Positions 53,177-63,726 of a stretch of 64,000 nucleotides of DNA are shown piece after piece. The notes below the pieces were generated by a model. It made no database searches and had not been told where the DNA came from. It saw only the letters and a list, made by a program, of their open reading frames with translations. The stretch covers positions 416,001-480,000 of the forward strand of contig CBDBCZ010000019.1 in NCBI GenBank assembly GCA_965203295.1, read 5' to 3'. The first letter of the stretch is position 1. Every line of letters starts with the position of its first letter. The translations under genes and the position numbers were made by a program. The stretch is from Nitrospirales bacterium. Its GTDB lineage: Bacteria; Nitrospirota; Nitrospiria; Nitrospirales; UBA8639.

Positions 53177-54370
53177 TTACAATCGTTTATTGAGAACTTC
53201 TGAAAGAATAAGTAGGGTATGGTCGATTTCTACTTGGTTGATGATCAAGGGAGGAACCAAACGTATGACACGCTCCATCGTGCAATTCACCAGGACCTTG
53301 CGGTTCAAGCAATCCTCAACCACAGATTGCCCATCAATGGTTAATTTGATCCCTTGCATCAGGCCCATCCCACGGATTTCCTGAATGAGCGGCATACGGC
53401 TCTTGAGTTCTGACAACCTTTTGACAAGATACGCTCCCTTCTCACGGCTTTTTTCCAATACACCGCCTTCAAGCAAGATGTTGAGGACAGCGATCGCCGC
53501 ACTGCAGGCCAAAGGATTTCCTCCGAACGTGGAGGCATGAGAGCCCGGAGTAAAAATTTGAGCCACATCATCTGTTGCCAGACATGCACCAATCGGAAAT
53601 CCTCCCCCTAGGCCTTTCGCTAATGTCATGATATCGGGTTGGACGCCAAACTGTTCGTACGCGAACAAAGTTCCTGTCCGACCCATGCCCGTTTGCACTT
53701 CATCGAATATCAAGAGGATTTGGCGGTCCGTACACCATTCCCGAAGCTTCTTCAAATATTCTGGATCGGCAACATGAACTCCCCCCTCCCCTTGAATCGG
53801 TTCAATCATCACCGCAGCGGTTTTGTCACTCATGAGTTCCTGAAGGGACTCCAGATTGTTGAATGAGGCATAGCGAAAGCCCGGGACTAACGGTTCAAAG
53901 CCTTTGTGGACTTTGGACTGACCCGTTGCGGACAGGGTCGTCATGGTTCGTCCATGAAAGGAGTTTTGCATGGTGATGATTTCATAACGCTCAGGCCCAA
54001 ATTTTGTGGTGGCATATTTTCGGGCGAGTTTGATCGCGGCTTCATTGGACTCAGCTCCGCTATTACAGAAAAACACCTTTTGGGCAAAGGAATGCGTCAC
54101 AAGAAGTTTGGCGAGCTGAACCTGTGGTTCCGTGTAGTAAAGGTTAGAAATATGGATCAGTTGTCTGGCTTGACGCTCAAGAGCAGACACAAGATCTGGA
54201 TGAGCATACCCCAGGATGTTGACCGCAATCCCTGCGACACAATCCAAATATTCTCGACCTTCGGAATCATAGACCTTGGACCCACGTCCACGCGCGATCG
54301 AAAGTGGAGCACGCGTATACGTATTCATCAAATATTCAGCTGCTTGGTGTTGAATCTCTTCTGTTAGCAC
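53177..54370 (-). CDS. argD: Acetylornithine aminotransferase
   Basis: NSGAESNE, FHGRT, EPIQGEGG, DEVQTG, AKGLGGG, HASTFGGNP. Confidence 0.95.
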   Translation of the reverse strand: MLTEEIQHQAAEYLMNTYTRAPLSIARGRGSKVYDSEGREYLDCVAGIAVNILGYAHPDLVSALERQARQLIHISNLYYTEPQVQLAKLLVTHSFAQKVFFCNSGAESNEAAIKLARKYATTKFGPERYEIITMQNSFHGRTMTTLSATGQSKVHKGFEPLVPGFRYASFNNLESLQELMSDKTAAVMIEPIQGEGGVHVADPEYLKKLREWCTDRQILLIFDEVQTGMGRTGTLFAYEQFGVQPDIMTLAKGLGGGFPIGACLATDDVAQIFTPGSHASTFGGNPLACSAAIAVLNILLEGGVLEKSREKGAYLVKRLSELKSRMPLIQEIRGMGLMQGIKLTIDGQSVVEDCLNRKVLVNCTMERVIRLVPPLIINQVEIDHTLLILSEVLNKRL

Positions 54371-54534
54371 TGGTGTGTATCTCCGTGTGAATTCAGGCGA
54401 ATCTAGCACACGGATTCTGAAGGGTGCAACACAATCGGAAGGAGAGCGAGCCTTTCATTTGGCCAGTATTCGCGGGTATTCCGCACACCTGTTACCCTTG
54501 TTTGTGGTTGGGAAGGATGCTATAACCTGGGCAA

Positions 54535-55209
54535 ATGAAGGCATGTCCATCGTGTGAGCAGCAAAACCCCGACGAAGCCCAATTTTGTTCCCAATGCGGA
54601 ACGGCGCTTGGTGAGGAGCCTCTTTCACCGAAGCCACCTCCAATATTCAACGAGAAAGAGCTTTGGCAAGCCCTCATTGGTCCCAATAAGTCGATTCAAT
54701 TCTCGTGGGGAGAAGGATGGTCATGGCGTCCTGCCGGCGAATATTATTTGGGGATATTTAAACGATTTCATTCAAACTTCAGCCCTCGATTCGCACTCAC
54801 CTGGCTTTGGCCTGCTTTTTTATTTGACCCGTTTCTTTGGTTTCTCTATCGGAAGATGTACATGTATGCATTGGTCTACGCGATTGGGCCTGTGGTTTCG
54901 GCCTTTTTGACCGGGGATTTCACGGTCGGAATCGTGTGGCGCCTTATGGCAGGAGCCACTGGGAACTACATTTATTTTTGGCATTTAAAGGATCAGTTAC
55001 AGAGGATTTCCTCGCGATCCGGATTAGATCCGATGGCTCAAACTCGATTGTTGGGACAAGAGGGCGGAGTGCAGCCATATGTCTTATGGTTAGGGATTGC
55101 TCTTCATTTACTGATGATTGGAGTGCTCATCGCCGCAGTGGGAGAAGGTCCACCCGAGGAGACACAATTTCCCGAGACAGAGCCGGCAGGTGACCAGAAA
55201 TTTCTCTAA
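54535..55209 (+). CDS. Zinc-ribbon plus DUF2628-like membrane protein
   Basis: CPSC..N...AQFCSQCG; W.WPAFLF..FWFLYRKMY, GNYIY. Confidence 0.8.
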   Translation: MKACPSCEQQNPDEAQFCSQCGTALGEEPLSPKPPPIFNEKELWQALIGPNKSIQFSWGEGWSWRPAGEYYLGIFKRFHSNFSPRFALTWLWPAFLFDPFLWFLYRKMYMYALVYAIGPVVSAFLTGDFTVGIVWRLMAGATGNYIYFWHLKDQLQRISSRSGLDPMAQTRLLGQEGGVQPYVLWLGIALHLLMIGVLIAAVGEGPPEETQFPETEPAGDQKFL

Positions 55210-55247
55210 ATGATCATGGAGGAAATTCTGAACGGAACGGGGCAATA

Positions 55248-56066
55248 TTAGGTTGTTCTTTGTGTTTGTTGCCAGGCAAACCAGGCTTGAAACCATTGGT
55301 AATCACTTTCATAGGCGGTCTGAGTTGTATGACTCCTCTCCCCTTTTTCGGTGAGAAGGGTATAGGTTCTTGGCCAATTCTTCATCCACCACGATTTGAG
55401 TTCTCCTTGTGAAAAAGGTTTGTCGTTGTGTTGTCGAATGCCTGCAGCCGAGACGGTCTCGGCGATCAGGGGCCAATACCGGTCCTTTCCCATCCCTATG
55501 GCTTTAAAGTGCTCTCGGAGGAGAAAGACGACCCAGAGCTCGGCGCTGTGTTTTTTGTTGTGCTTGAAAGGTTGAGTTTGTCGTAGAGGAATCGGATCAA
55601 AATTTTTTATTGTGGATGTGTAATCTGGACCTCCATAACTTCCAGCAACCTCCGCGATTCCTTGAAGCATGTTGGCGAGTTCAATCTCGACCACAGGAGA
55701 AGGGGTAGCCGTTTCTCGGCCAAAGGGGTTGGGAGCGGTGAGCAGATCAATCAGTGGCTTCAGTTCTCGCAAACGGACCACGGCCGTTTGAAGAATTTTG
55801 GCCGATTCAAGCCAATAATCCGGGTCATTCTTCGAATGCCGTTCACAACCAGGCGGGGGTAAGACGACAGGGATCCAGTGACGAAGCAGGACAAACAGGA
55901 CATAGTTGATATCCCCTCCAACATCTTCCACTTGTTGGAAAATGCTGTGAGAGCCCTGCGCATTGAGAAAGAAGTTTTTTCCTTTCTCTCTGACCCCTAA
56001 TCTGTCAGCAAGGTATAACCACCATTCAGCCGGTGGTCGATGCGATTTGGGATCGGTCACGAACAT
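55248..56066 (-). CDS. Hypothetical protein
   Basis: 272-aa ORF filling the gap; no recognised motif. Confidence 0.75.
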   Translation of the reverse strand: MFVTDPKSHRPPAEWWLYLADRLGVREKGKNFFLNAQGSHSIFQQVEDVGGDINYVLFVLLRHWIPVVLPPPGCERHSKNDPDYWLESAKILQTAVVRLRELKPLIDLLTAPNPFGRETATPSPVVEIELANMLQGIAEVAGSYGGPDYTSTIKNFDPIPLRQTQPFKHNKKHSAELWVVFLLREHFKAIGMGKDRYWPLIAETVSAAGIRQHNDKPFSQGELKSWWMKNWPRTYTLLTEKGERSHTTQTAYESDYQWFQAWFAWQQTQRTT

Positions 56067-56261
56067 TGGCCTTGATTTTTAGCGAACGAAGCAACATTGG
56101 GCGGAGTCATGGTACGGTCAGCTTTGAGGCAAAGCAAGCCATGAAAATTGGGGAACATGAGCTGAGGCAAGTTTCGTCAGAATGCCGTCATTCATCAAAA
56201 CTCAAAGCCCGTACTCCTTTGAGTGATTGTTTGCAGGTAGAGGAGGTAGAGGAGAATGATT

Positions 56262-56867
56262 ATGAAGCAGTTGGTGCTCCTTCGACATGGGGAGTCTCAA
56301 TGGAATCTGGAAAATCGGTTTACCGGTTGGGTGGATGTTCCTCTTTCTCCCAAGGGAGAGCAAGAGGCTCGCGAAGCTGGTCAGAAGCTTCAGAGTTTTC
56401 GATTTGCCCAAGCATTTACCTCCGTTTTGACTCGGGCAATCAATACGTTGACCATCGTGCTGGAGGTCATCGGTCAAACTGAGCTTCCTATTGAAAAAGA
56501 CCAAGCCCTCAATGAACGCATGTATGGGGATCTTCAAGGTCTGAATAAAGCTGAAATGGTTCAGAAGTTCGGAGAGCAACAGGTGAAGTTATGGAGGCGC
56601 AGTTACGATGTGAAGCCACCTGGCGGGGAAAGTTTAAAGGATACGGCAGATCGGGTGTTGCCGTATTACATACAACGGATTTGGCCCAAACTGTCGGTTG
56701 GCGAAACCGTTCTCGTGGTGGCTCATGGCAATAGTCTGCGGGCCTTAGTGATGCATCTCAACCGATTATCAACTGATGAAGTCTTGGAGTTAAATATCCC
56801 TACAGGCGTGCCGCTGGTCTTCGAATTGGACAAGCAGGGGAATACTCTCAACCACAGATATCTCTAG
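56262..56867 (+). CDS. gpmA: 2,3-bisphosphoglycerate-dependent phosphoglycerate mutase
   Basis: LRHGESQWN.ENRFTGW.DV, LNERMYG.LQG, AHGNSLR. Confidence 0.95.
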   Translation: MKQLVLLRHGESQWNLENRFTGWVDVPLSPKGEQEAREAGQKLQSFRFAQAFTSVLTRAINTLTIVLEVIGQTELPIEKDQALNERMYGDLQGLNKAEMVQKFGEQQVKLWRRSYDVKPPGGESLKDTADRVLPYYIQRIWPKLSVGETVLVVAHGNSLRALVMHLNRLSTDEVLELNIPTGVPLVFELDKQGNTLNHRYL

Positions 56868-56991
56868 CAGGATGTTGAAAAAGTCCGCCAGCGGCGTTCT
56901 CGGGCCTTTGTCGTGCTCACGTACTACAAGGTACGCTCCACGCGCCAAAAGCCCTGCGGTCTTGCTGGACGAGCCTTTTTGAACATCCTGC
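56867..56991. mobile_element. ~125-bp MITE-like element, copy 2
   Basis: TIR GCAGGATGTTGAAAAA / TTTTTGAACATCCTGC; interior similar to 43584-43714. Confidence 0.8.
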
Positions 56992-57020
56992 ATTGCTTTT
57001 GATGACGATCGGACATTCTT

Positions 57021-57518
57021 CTAACTAAACGTCGCTTCGATTTCGGCACTGACCTCACCTATTTCTTCGACTGGGATGGTATCAACCAAAAGGGCCAAGA
57101 GTTTTTGTTGGTCGTGTGACTCGATGGTTCCCTTCGCTTCAAGGTCAGCAACTGACTGAGATAACACCGCAATGGGTTCACCCCCCTGTTGCACAATTTC
57201 CTTATAGACTGATTCTTTGGCCTTCTGCTCTTGAAAAAATTCTTCTACAGCATGCGCCTCTAACTGAAAGGCCGCTTCCCAATTGTCCCGTATCCCTTTG
57301 AGGAGTTCTTCCATAATCTGGGATCGGATTGCTTCAGTGAAGCTGACACGAACACCAGATCCAATCCAATACAGACAAAGACCGAGGATTTCTCGCGTGA
57401 TGCTCTGGGCCTGTTCTGGAGAAAGATCGAGACCATATTCTTCAAGGATGGAGGACGGCATTCCTGGAGGAATCAGGTCAAATAGTTGAGCCGCTGCCTG
57501 TTGAATTTCTGATGCCAT
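57021..57518 (-). CDS. Acidic hypothetical protein
   Basis: 165-aa ORF, protein-like composition. Confidence 0.75.
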   Translation of the reverse strand: MASEIQQAAAQLFDLIPPGMPSSILEEYGLDLSPEQAQSITREILGLCLYWIGSGVRVSFTEAIRSQIMEELLKGIRDNWEAAFQLEAHAVEEFFQEQKAKESVYKEIVQQGGEPIAVLSQSVADLEAKGTIESHDQQKLLALLVDTIPVEEIGEVSAEIEATFS

Positions 57519-57981
57519 AATCGGGTGTCAGCTTAGGAAGCCATGTTCCTTCGTTCTATTCACTGCTTATCCGAATCTGATTTCCAAGAGAAAAAAAGTT
57601 CCGAACCATCGCGACACCCTAGCAGAGATTTCCATTCGCTTACCTTCGGAGAGTTCATCTTGAAAAGAGGTGACGGTAGGATAGGGGATTAAGATGGAAT
57701 TTGAAAGGAAAGGTCAGAGTGCTGACGACAGAGTTCCTGCCTTGAAAGACGAGCCTTAATTACCTCTATTATATTGATTCGCATCTCAGTCCTTGCTCTT
57801 TTGCCAATGCGTAAAGCGAGCGCTCTAAAAGCTTTGGTAAAATTCCCTTGACACCGAAAACGGAAGAGTGCCAGGCTTCTTCCCTCACTTCTTGATCGTG
57901 TAGCTAGAGTTAGTCATTAACCCAGACCGCTGCTTATTGGGGCGGTGTTCGGTGTTGCGATCTGGTTAGGATCGCTGGTCT

Positions 57982-58368
57982 ATGACGTCCGTTCTTTTGG
58001 TGATCGCCATAATATGGATAGCTGATGGTGTCGCCCTTTTGGTCGCGCCGGTCCGAATCATAGGGCTATTGAAAAGTACCATAGAAGTCTCACGGTCTCT
58101 CATCAAGTGGTCAGGGTTCACAGCCTTCTTTGGGTTTATCCTATTGATGAGCTCGGATGAGCTACGCTATCAACCTCTTTGGTACCTTATCGGGCTTCTC
58201 ATGATCGTCAAGGGTCTCTTTTTGGTATGGGCATCGGAGTCTTTGCGTGACGGGGTCGTGGAATGGTGTTTCACAAGGGACCCTATCGATTACCGTTTTT
58301 GGGGACTTGGCCTTTGCACGTTGTCTGTTTTGTTACTGGATGCATTAGGGTGGATTCGATCGTGGTGA
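57982..58368 (+). CDS. Small multi-pass membrane protein (DUF2065-like)
   Basis: DGVALLVAP..., KGLFL, YRFWGL. Confidence 0.7.
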   Translation: MTSVLLVIAIIWIADGVALLVAPVRIIGLLKSTIEVSRSLIKWSGFTAFFGFILLMSSDELRYQPLWYLIGLLMIVKGLFLVWASESLRDGVVEWCFTRDPIDYRFWGLGLCTLSVLLLDALGWIRSW

Positions 58369-58369
58369 A

Positions 58370-58759
58370 GTGATGATTGCCACGTTTCTGTTGGGATTGA
58401 CGAGTTTCTTTTGGGGTGGCATGGGCATCATCATGACAGTCGTGCCTCAGATGTGGGCGTTATTCTCTATACAGATGCTTGAGAATACGTGGCATCGATT
58501 TTGGGTGACCCAGGCGATGATTTTCTCTGGGTTGGTACTCATTGTTGGGACCTCACAGTTTCAAGGTGTTTGGGTTTGGGTCATCTGTGGGGTGATGATG
58601 GTCGGAAAAGCCTGTCTCATTTTGGGGGCTTCTCAAAGTTTTCTCGCTCGACTGATTTCGCTATCCCAAGATTTTCCGAAGTGGGTCTATCGAATTGGTG
58701 GCGTCGGTATGTTGGTATTAGCCGTCCTTCTGGCTACGGACCTTATTCTCAATGGATAA
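58370..58759 (+). CDS. Small multi-pass membrane protein, paralogue-like to the preceding gene
   Basis: Same size and pattern (G...P, K...L.., YR.GG). Confidence 0.7.
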   Translation: MMIATFLLGLTSFFWGGMGIIMTVVPQMWALFSIQMLENTWHRFWVTQAMIFSGLVLIVGTSQFQGVWVWVICGVMMVGKACLILGASQSFLARLISLSQDFPKWVYRIGGVGMLVLAVLLATDLILNG

Positions 58760-59063
58760 GAACCTTCTCCCTCATTTGAGGAAATTTTCTGAGATTTGGG
58801 ATGTGCATCACTCCGCGGATTGGCCAACTGATCTGGGATCGAACGAAGGAGAACTGATGATGATCGATACAGTCGTGAGTGGCTGTGTCACCTATTTCTT
58901 GGAGTCATCTGACGGACTTGATCCTCAAAGAGTCGAAATACTTCAAAGCTGTTTAACTGACCTGGACAATCTCTTTCCTGATCTCCAAGAATCAGCGATG
59001 ACGTATTTTGAGAGGATCAGAATTCTTGGTTCTTTCATGTTAAATGGGATTCCCATTCCCTAG
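58752..59063 (+). CDS. Hypothetical protein
   Basis: 103-aa ORF overlapping the upstream stop. Confidence 0.7.
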   Translation: MDKNLLPHLRKFSEIWDVHHSADWPTDLGSNEGELMMIDTVVSGCVTYFLESSDGLDPQRVEILQSCLTDLDNLFPDLQESAMTYFERIRILGSFMLNGIPIP

Positions 59064-59177
59064 AATAAGTCGTGATCCTTTTGTGAATCTTCTCATTTGA
59101 CGGGCTAAAAAGCCCTATGATATCGTCAAAAACTAGTATAGTTTGAAGGTTCTAAGCAGGAGACGAGGGTTACTACG

Positions 59178-60098
59178 ATGACCACCGGGCAAGATCTCAA
59201 AACCATTCTGAGTAAGCTCCAGTACACCGATGACGCCAAGGTTGTCCAGCAGGTGACCGAGCAAACCCGAACCGTCCAAAATCGAATGGCTGGCGTTCGA
59301 CATAAATTGGTCGTCATGAGTGGGAAAGGTGGAGTCGGGAAGAGTATGACGACGGTCAATCTTGCCCTGGCCCTTGCTCGAAATGGATTTCTGGTCGGCA
59401 TCCTGGATGTCGATTTAAATGGTCCCTGCGTACCGCAAATGTTAGGAATGCCCGGAAAACCATTGGAAATCACAGCGGAGGGGGCAATGCCCCCGATTGG
59501 TCCTCTTGGAATAAAAGTGGCCTCTATGGAGTTCTTTTTGAAAGAGTCCTCTCCGGTTCGCTGGAAGGGGCCGATGGATTTGAGCCCCGTATGGTTAGGC
59601 CTCATGGAAATGAATGTCATCAGAGAATTTTTAGGCGATATCGTATGGGGAGAGCTTGATTTCCTTTTGGCTGATCTGCCGCCGGGAGCGGCGGCTGACA
59701 AACCACCGGTCATCGCAGGGTTTTTGCCTGACTTAGCAGGCGCTCTTGTGGTCACCACTCCCTCGGAAGTCGCGTCGAATGTTGTCCAGAAGTCTATTGG
59801 ATATGCGCAGGAATTGGGAATATCCGTGTTGGGCATCATTGAAAACATGAGTCAATACCGTTGTCCAACCTGTGGTGCAGAGAATGAATTATTTGAGGGG
59901 AATACCCAAGGAATGTGCGAAGCCCTGAATATACCGCTGATGGGTCGGATTCCTTTTGATCGAAGTTTTGCTCGAACGTTTGATAAGGGGAACCCCATAT
60001 TGGATGGTTCCCACCCCACGATTCAACGCTTCCAGGAAATCGCCGAACGAATTCAAACCTTGATTGACTATAAGAAGGTGCTGGCAGAAAAACTCTAA
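59178..60098 (+). CDS. mrp: Mrp/NBP35 (ApbC) Fe-S carrier ATPase
   Basis: SGKGGVGKS, DVDLNGP, DLPPG, VTTP, ENMS..CPTC. Confidence 0.9.
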   Translation: MTTGQDLKTILSKLQYTDDAKVVQQVTEQTRTVQNRMAGVRHKLVVMSGKGGVGKSMTTVNLALALARNGFLVGILDVDLNGPCVPQMLGMPGKPLEITAEGAMPPIGPLGIKVASMEFFLKESSPVRWKGPMDLSPVWLGLMEMNVIREFLGDIVWGELDFLLADLPPGAAADKPPVIAGFLPDLAGALVVTTPSEVASNVVQKSIGYAQELGISVLGIIENMSQYRCPTCGAENELFEGNTQGMCEALNIPLMGRIPFDRSFARTFDKGNPILDGSHPTIQRFQEIAERIQTLIDYKKVLAEKL

Positions 60099-60152
60099 AT
60101 ATGGTCGGTCCCCCTTATATTTTGAAAGAATAGGGGACCTGAGGAGTCACTT

Positions 60153-60905
60153 ATGAAATTTGTATGCTTGAACTGTGAAACATACATGAGTTTTGAAAAA
60201 GTTGAGAAGCCAGCTGAAGGCTCACTTGGGGTGTTTTTTGCTTGCCCCTCCTGCCAGGCCAAATTTTCGATGGTGACGAATCCTGGCGAAACGCAGATGG
60301 TGAGTTCGCTAGGTGTTCAGCTTGGAGGCCGGGAGGCTGCTCCTGCCCCTCTTGAAATGACTCGAAATACTCTCAGGGAAGAAGTCGGAGCTGGCGCCGG
60401 GCAAATGGCTGCGTATCTGAATGAAAAAATTCAGGCTGGGCAAGCATCTGCTCCCCAAAGAAGTTCTGCTGGAAAGACGGGAGAAGGATCAGAAGGAAGG
60501 TGTCCCTTCTCGGCCATGGTTGCCCAAATGGGTTTGACCTCAGGTGGGCAAACAACGGGCACGACTGGAACAGAATCGGAACTCATTTGGACTCCGGATG
60601 CAAAGGAACGCCTTGAACAGTTACCTTCATTTGTTCAGCCTATGGTGCGGGGAAGTGTGGAAACCTATGCTCGTAAGAATAGTTTTTCCAAGGTCACGCT
60701 TCAGGTCATGGGTGATTCGAAGAACGCGTCATCAGATGGCATTGCTTGGTCCCCAGATGCAGAGCAGCGTCTGAAAAACATCCCGGAATTTATCCAACCA
60801 ATGGCCCGCAAAGAAATCGAGCGGTTAGCCAAAGAGCGTGGTGCGACAACTGTCTCCGCTGAACTCATAGATGAAGCCAAGGATAAATTTATGAAGTTTA
60901 TGTGA
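60153..60905 (+). CDS. Zn-ribbon protein with two PCP_red (BchB C-terminal-like) domains
   Basis: CLNC...CPSC; GRCPFS; WTPDAKERLEQLPSFVQPM and WSPDAEQRLKNIPEFIQPM. Confidence 0.8.
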   Translation: MKFVCLNCETYMSFEKVEKPAEGSLGVFFACPSCQAKFSMVTNPGETQMVSSLGVQLGGREAAPAPLEMTRNTLREEVGAGAGQMAAYLNEKIQAGQASAPQRSSAGKTGEGSEGRCPFSAMVAQMGLTSGGQTTGTTGTESELIWTPDAKERLEQLPSFVQPMVRGSVETYARKNSFSKVTLQVMGDSKNASSDGIAWSPDAEQRLKNIPEFIQPMARKEIERLAKERGATTVSAELIDEAKDKFMKFM

Positions 60906-60925
60906 AGCAGTTTTATATAGATCGT

Positions 60926-60965
60926 AAAAAGGGCGACTCATGAAAATGAGTCGCCTTTTTTTATT
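60926..60965 (+). terminator. Intrinsic terminator, probably bidirectional
   Basis: AAAAGGGCGACTCAT-gaaa-ATGAGTCGCCTTTTTTT. Confidence 0.9.
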
Positions 60966-60971
60966 CCTCTT

Positions 60972-61095
60972 GCGTCATTCCCGACATCTTTTATCGGGAA
61001 TTCAGATATTCATTTAGCGGGGTTTCACCCCCGCACGACAGGTCCTTTCGTCTTGGCTCAGGACAGACTTTTGGTTTCAGCAAAAGGACCGAAAT
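60972..61095 (+). repeat. CGTC-type REP followed by the 5' head of the 235-bp repeat
   Basis: GCGTCATTCCCGA...TCGGGAATTCAG; AGCGGGGTTTCACCCCCGCACGACAGGTCCTTT...CAAAAGGACC. Confidence 0.65.
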
Positions 61096-61245
61096 CAATA
61101 TTTCGCGTGGATTACCTCCAAAATAAGAGCCTATTTTGCCTCATACGAAGATGAAGTATCTTTCTGGTAAAATCATGACTTGAATTGATTCTTGATAAAG
61201 AAGAACTTACTGAAAATACCTTGTAAAGAAACCAGAAAAATATTT

Positions 61246-63726
61246 ATGACTGAAAAGCGACGAATAATACGAGTTTTCTTGGCTTCTCCTGGTGATCTAA
61301 TGAAGGAACGGTTGGCGGCAAAAGAAGTCGTCGACGAGTTCAATAGCCAGTTAGCCGAGCATTTTGGCTGTCATATTGAATTAATGAGCTGGGAAGATAC
61401 CCTTCCGTCTTATGGACGCCCACAGTCTCTGATCAATCAAGATTTAGAGCGCTGTGAGCTCTTTATTGGAATGGTGTGGATGTGTTGGGGGACCCCACTT
61501 GATAAGGATGGCTCGTATAGTTCAGGTTTCGAGGAAGAATTTGAACTTTCAATTACTCGAAGAAGGGAGACGACAGAACCAGAGATAACAATGTTCTTTA
61601 AGGACATTGATGAAGATAGATTGAAAGATCCTGGGCCAGAGCTAGCAAAAGTAATAAATTTTAGAAATAAGCTTATTGCTGAAAAAGAAATTTTCTTTGA
61701 TACTTTCCAAGATGAAACTACATTTCAGAAAAAATTTCGTAGAACAATCCAAGGTTACGTAACACGAGTGTATGACTTTGAAAAAAACGAACATGGGGTC
61801 GAAGACCATGTGAAAGCAAACGAGCCAAATTTAAATAACAGCATTGCATCGAATAAAAAGGCATCAGATTATCTCTTTTCAACAGAAGGCCGTACTTTTT
61901 TGCATGAGTTTTTAAAAAAAAGCAGAGAACGAAGAAAGCTTAAAGGAGATTTCCCCTCTAGAAGTTTCTAGATTCAGATTGTTAGCAAATGTTTTATCTA
62001 AACCTGGCAATGATTCTCCTTCTCTCGGTGTTCATGACGCTAATATTATCTTTTTAAATAGAAAAGTTGTGGATTTTTGGAAACAAGAGATTTCAAAGTT
62101 AGTAGATTTTGGCCTAAAAAACATCAAAAACGAGAATGTTCCACTTTGGTATTGGTATTCACTTATTGAAAAAAGCCTTCCTGGCTTTATTGCGTATAGA
62201 ACTTTCTCTATTTTTGAAGACGATAAGAGAGTTGGTGCATTAGAAGCCATGCGTTTAATCGGAGCGAAAATAAAATTACCGATTAGCGTTGATTTAAGCA
62301 GAGCTAAATTTATTGAGGGTTGGTTTTTAGATGACACCTCCTCACATGTTAAGCTCGCCGCTTTAAATTATTTAAAGCATCATGGTGAGTACGAAGATTG
62401 CCAGTTGTTCAAGCCGAATTCGACCGAAAGGATTACCAAACTACAAGATCTTCCATCGAGACATTATTAAGCATTCAACTTCGTAATGATAAGAATGAGG
62501 CAGCCAAAGTTGCCCTCAGTACGCAGTTTGAAACTCTTGATGGCAATTTAATTCAACAAATTGTTTCCGGCGAGTTAGCAGTGGACGAAGAAATTCTTCG
62601 ACTTGGATTGAAACACCGTAACGTCGATATCCGTTTAGCTTGCGTTAATAAACTAAACGCAAACAATCAATTAAACATCGATGATGCCGAATCTTTGGCC
62701 AATGACAATGTTGCGTCAATCAGAAACGCTGCACTAAATATGTTGTTAACCCTTGACCAGTCATTGATGGAAGAAGAAATAAAAAAAATACTTGTTAAAC
62801 CTATAGCAATGCCAGGATTTGAGCTTTTTTCAATCGCAAATAAGCGTGATGAAGAGGGAGAAAAATATTATGAAATGTTTTTGTTGAACAGATACTCTCA
62901 AATGGACGAAGCGGTACTTCTTCAGAGGATCAAAAGCAGCTCAATTTACGACGAATTACCATATTTCGCATTGTGCTGGAGATATTTTAAAAAATATGCC
63001 CCCGACCTTAGAGAGAAAATTGATAATGAATTTAAAGAACACTTCGAAAATTCGATAAACAGAATGGTGGAAAAATATAGGAACGAGCAATCAGCTTCTC
63101 TTGTGCAACAGACGCGTAAATTAGAGGAATTCTTAAGGCAAAAATTACTCAGAAAAGGCTTAGATATTCTTTGCAGAAAATATGATGCCGAAGACATTCA
63201 CCGTATTCGAAAGAATTTACGAGATGGGCTTGTCAGGAGTTCAGTCGATGAAATTCAATATCTCAAAAAATTCGGAGAATGGGATGACATACCTTACATT
63301 ATTAAGGCGGAGAATAGTGAAATGCCGTCTGATTTCCATTCATTATTTTCAAGGGACGATCAATGGTATATTTTAATTGCCGAGGCAATTTATTGCATTG
63401 GCAACTCGAGACTTGAAGAGTTACTGAAATTTGATATTCCAGATCGCGTATTTGTCGAATTGATAAATGTATGTTCAATCTCGAAGTTTTCTGAGCTCTC
63501 AAGGGAAATTATCCTCACAATAATGTACAACGAGAGAGAGGAAATACGAAAAGCCTGTTCATTAGAATGCATACAATCCTTCAATAAATCTACCTTGAGA
63601 AATGTTCTTGACGAATACCTGGGAAGCGACAACCGTTATTACAATGTAATCCATTGGCTAGATTTTGGTATTTGCATGAAGAAGAAGACAATAAGAAACG
63701 CCATAAATATTATCTCGAATAGTTAA
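61246..63726 (+). pseudogene. DUF4062-domain protein with a HEAT-like helical C-terminus, split by two frameshifts
   Basis: RVFLASPGDL..ER, W, PQ..IN..L..C.LFIG, WGTP, SGFEEEF; three abutting ORFs; markedly AT-rich. Confidence 0.75.

Noticed and set aside
14265..59848. Long antisense ORFs such as 14518-15132, 45118-45798 and 59126-59848
   Set aside because: They are shadows of well-supported genes on the opposite strand and lack RBS or motifs.
60153..60905. Chlorophyll biosynthesis implied by PCP_red domains
   Set aside because: Only the small accessory domain is present; there is no BchN/BchB catalytic core or other photosynthesis gene.
858..63726. Broken genes as pure long-read sequencing error
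   Set aside because: Lesions include substitutions and large deletions and spare about 19 kb of core genes. Individual homopolymer frameshifts (e.g. near 10620, 18385, 24725) could still be errors.
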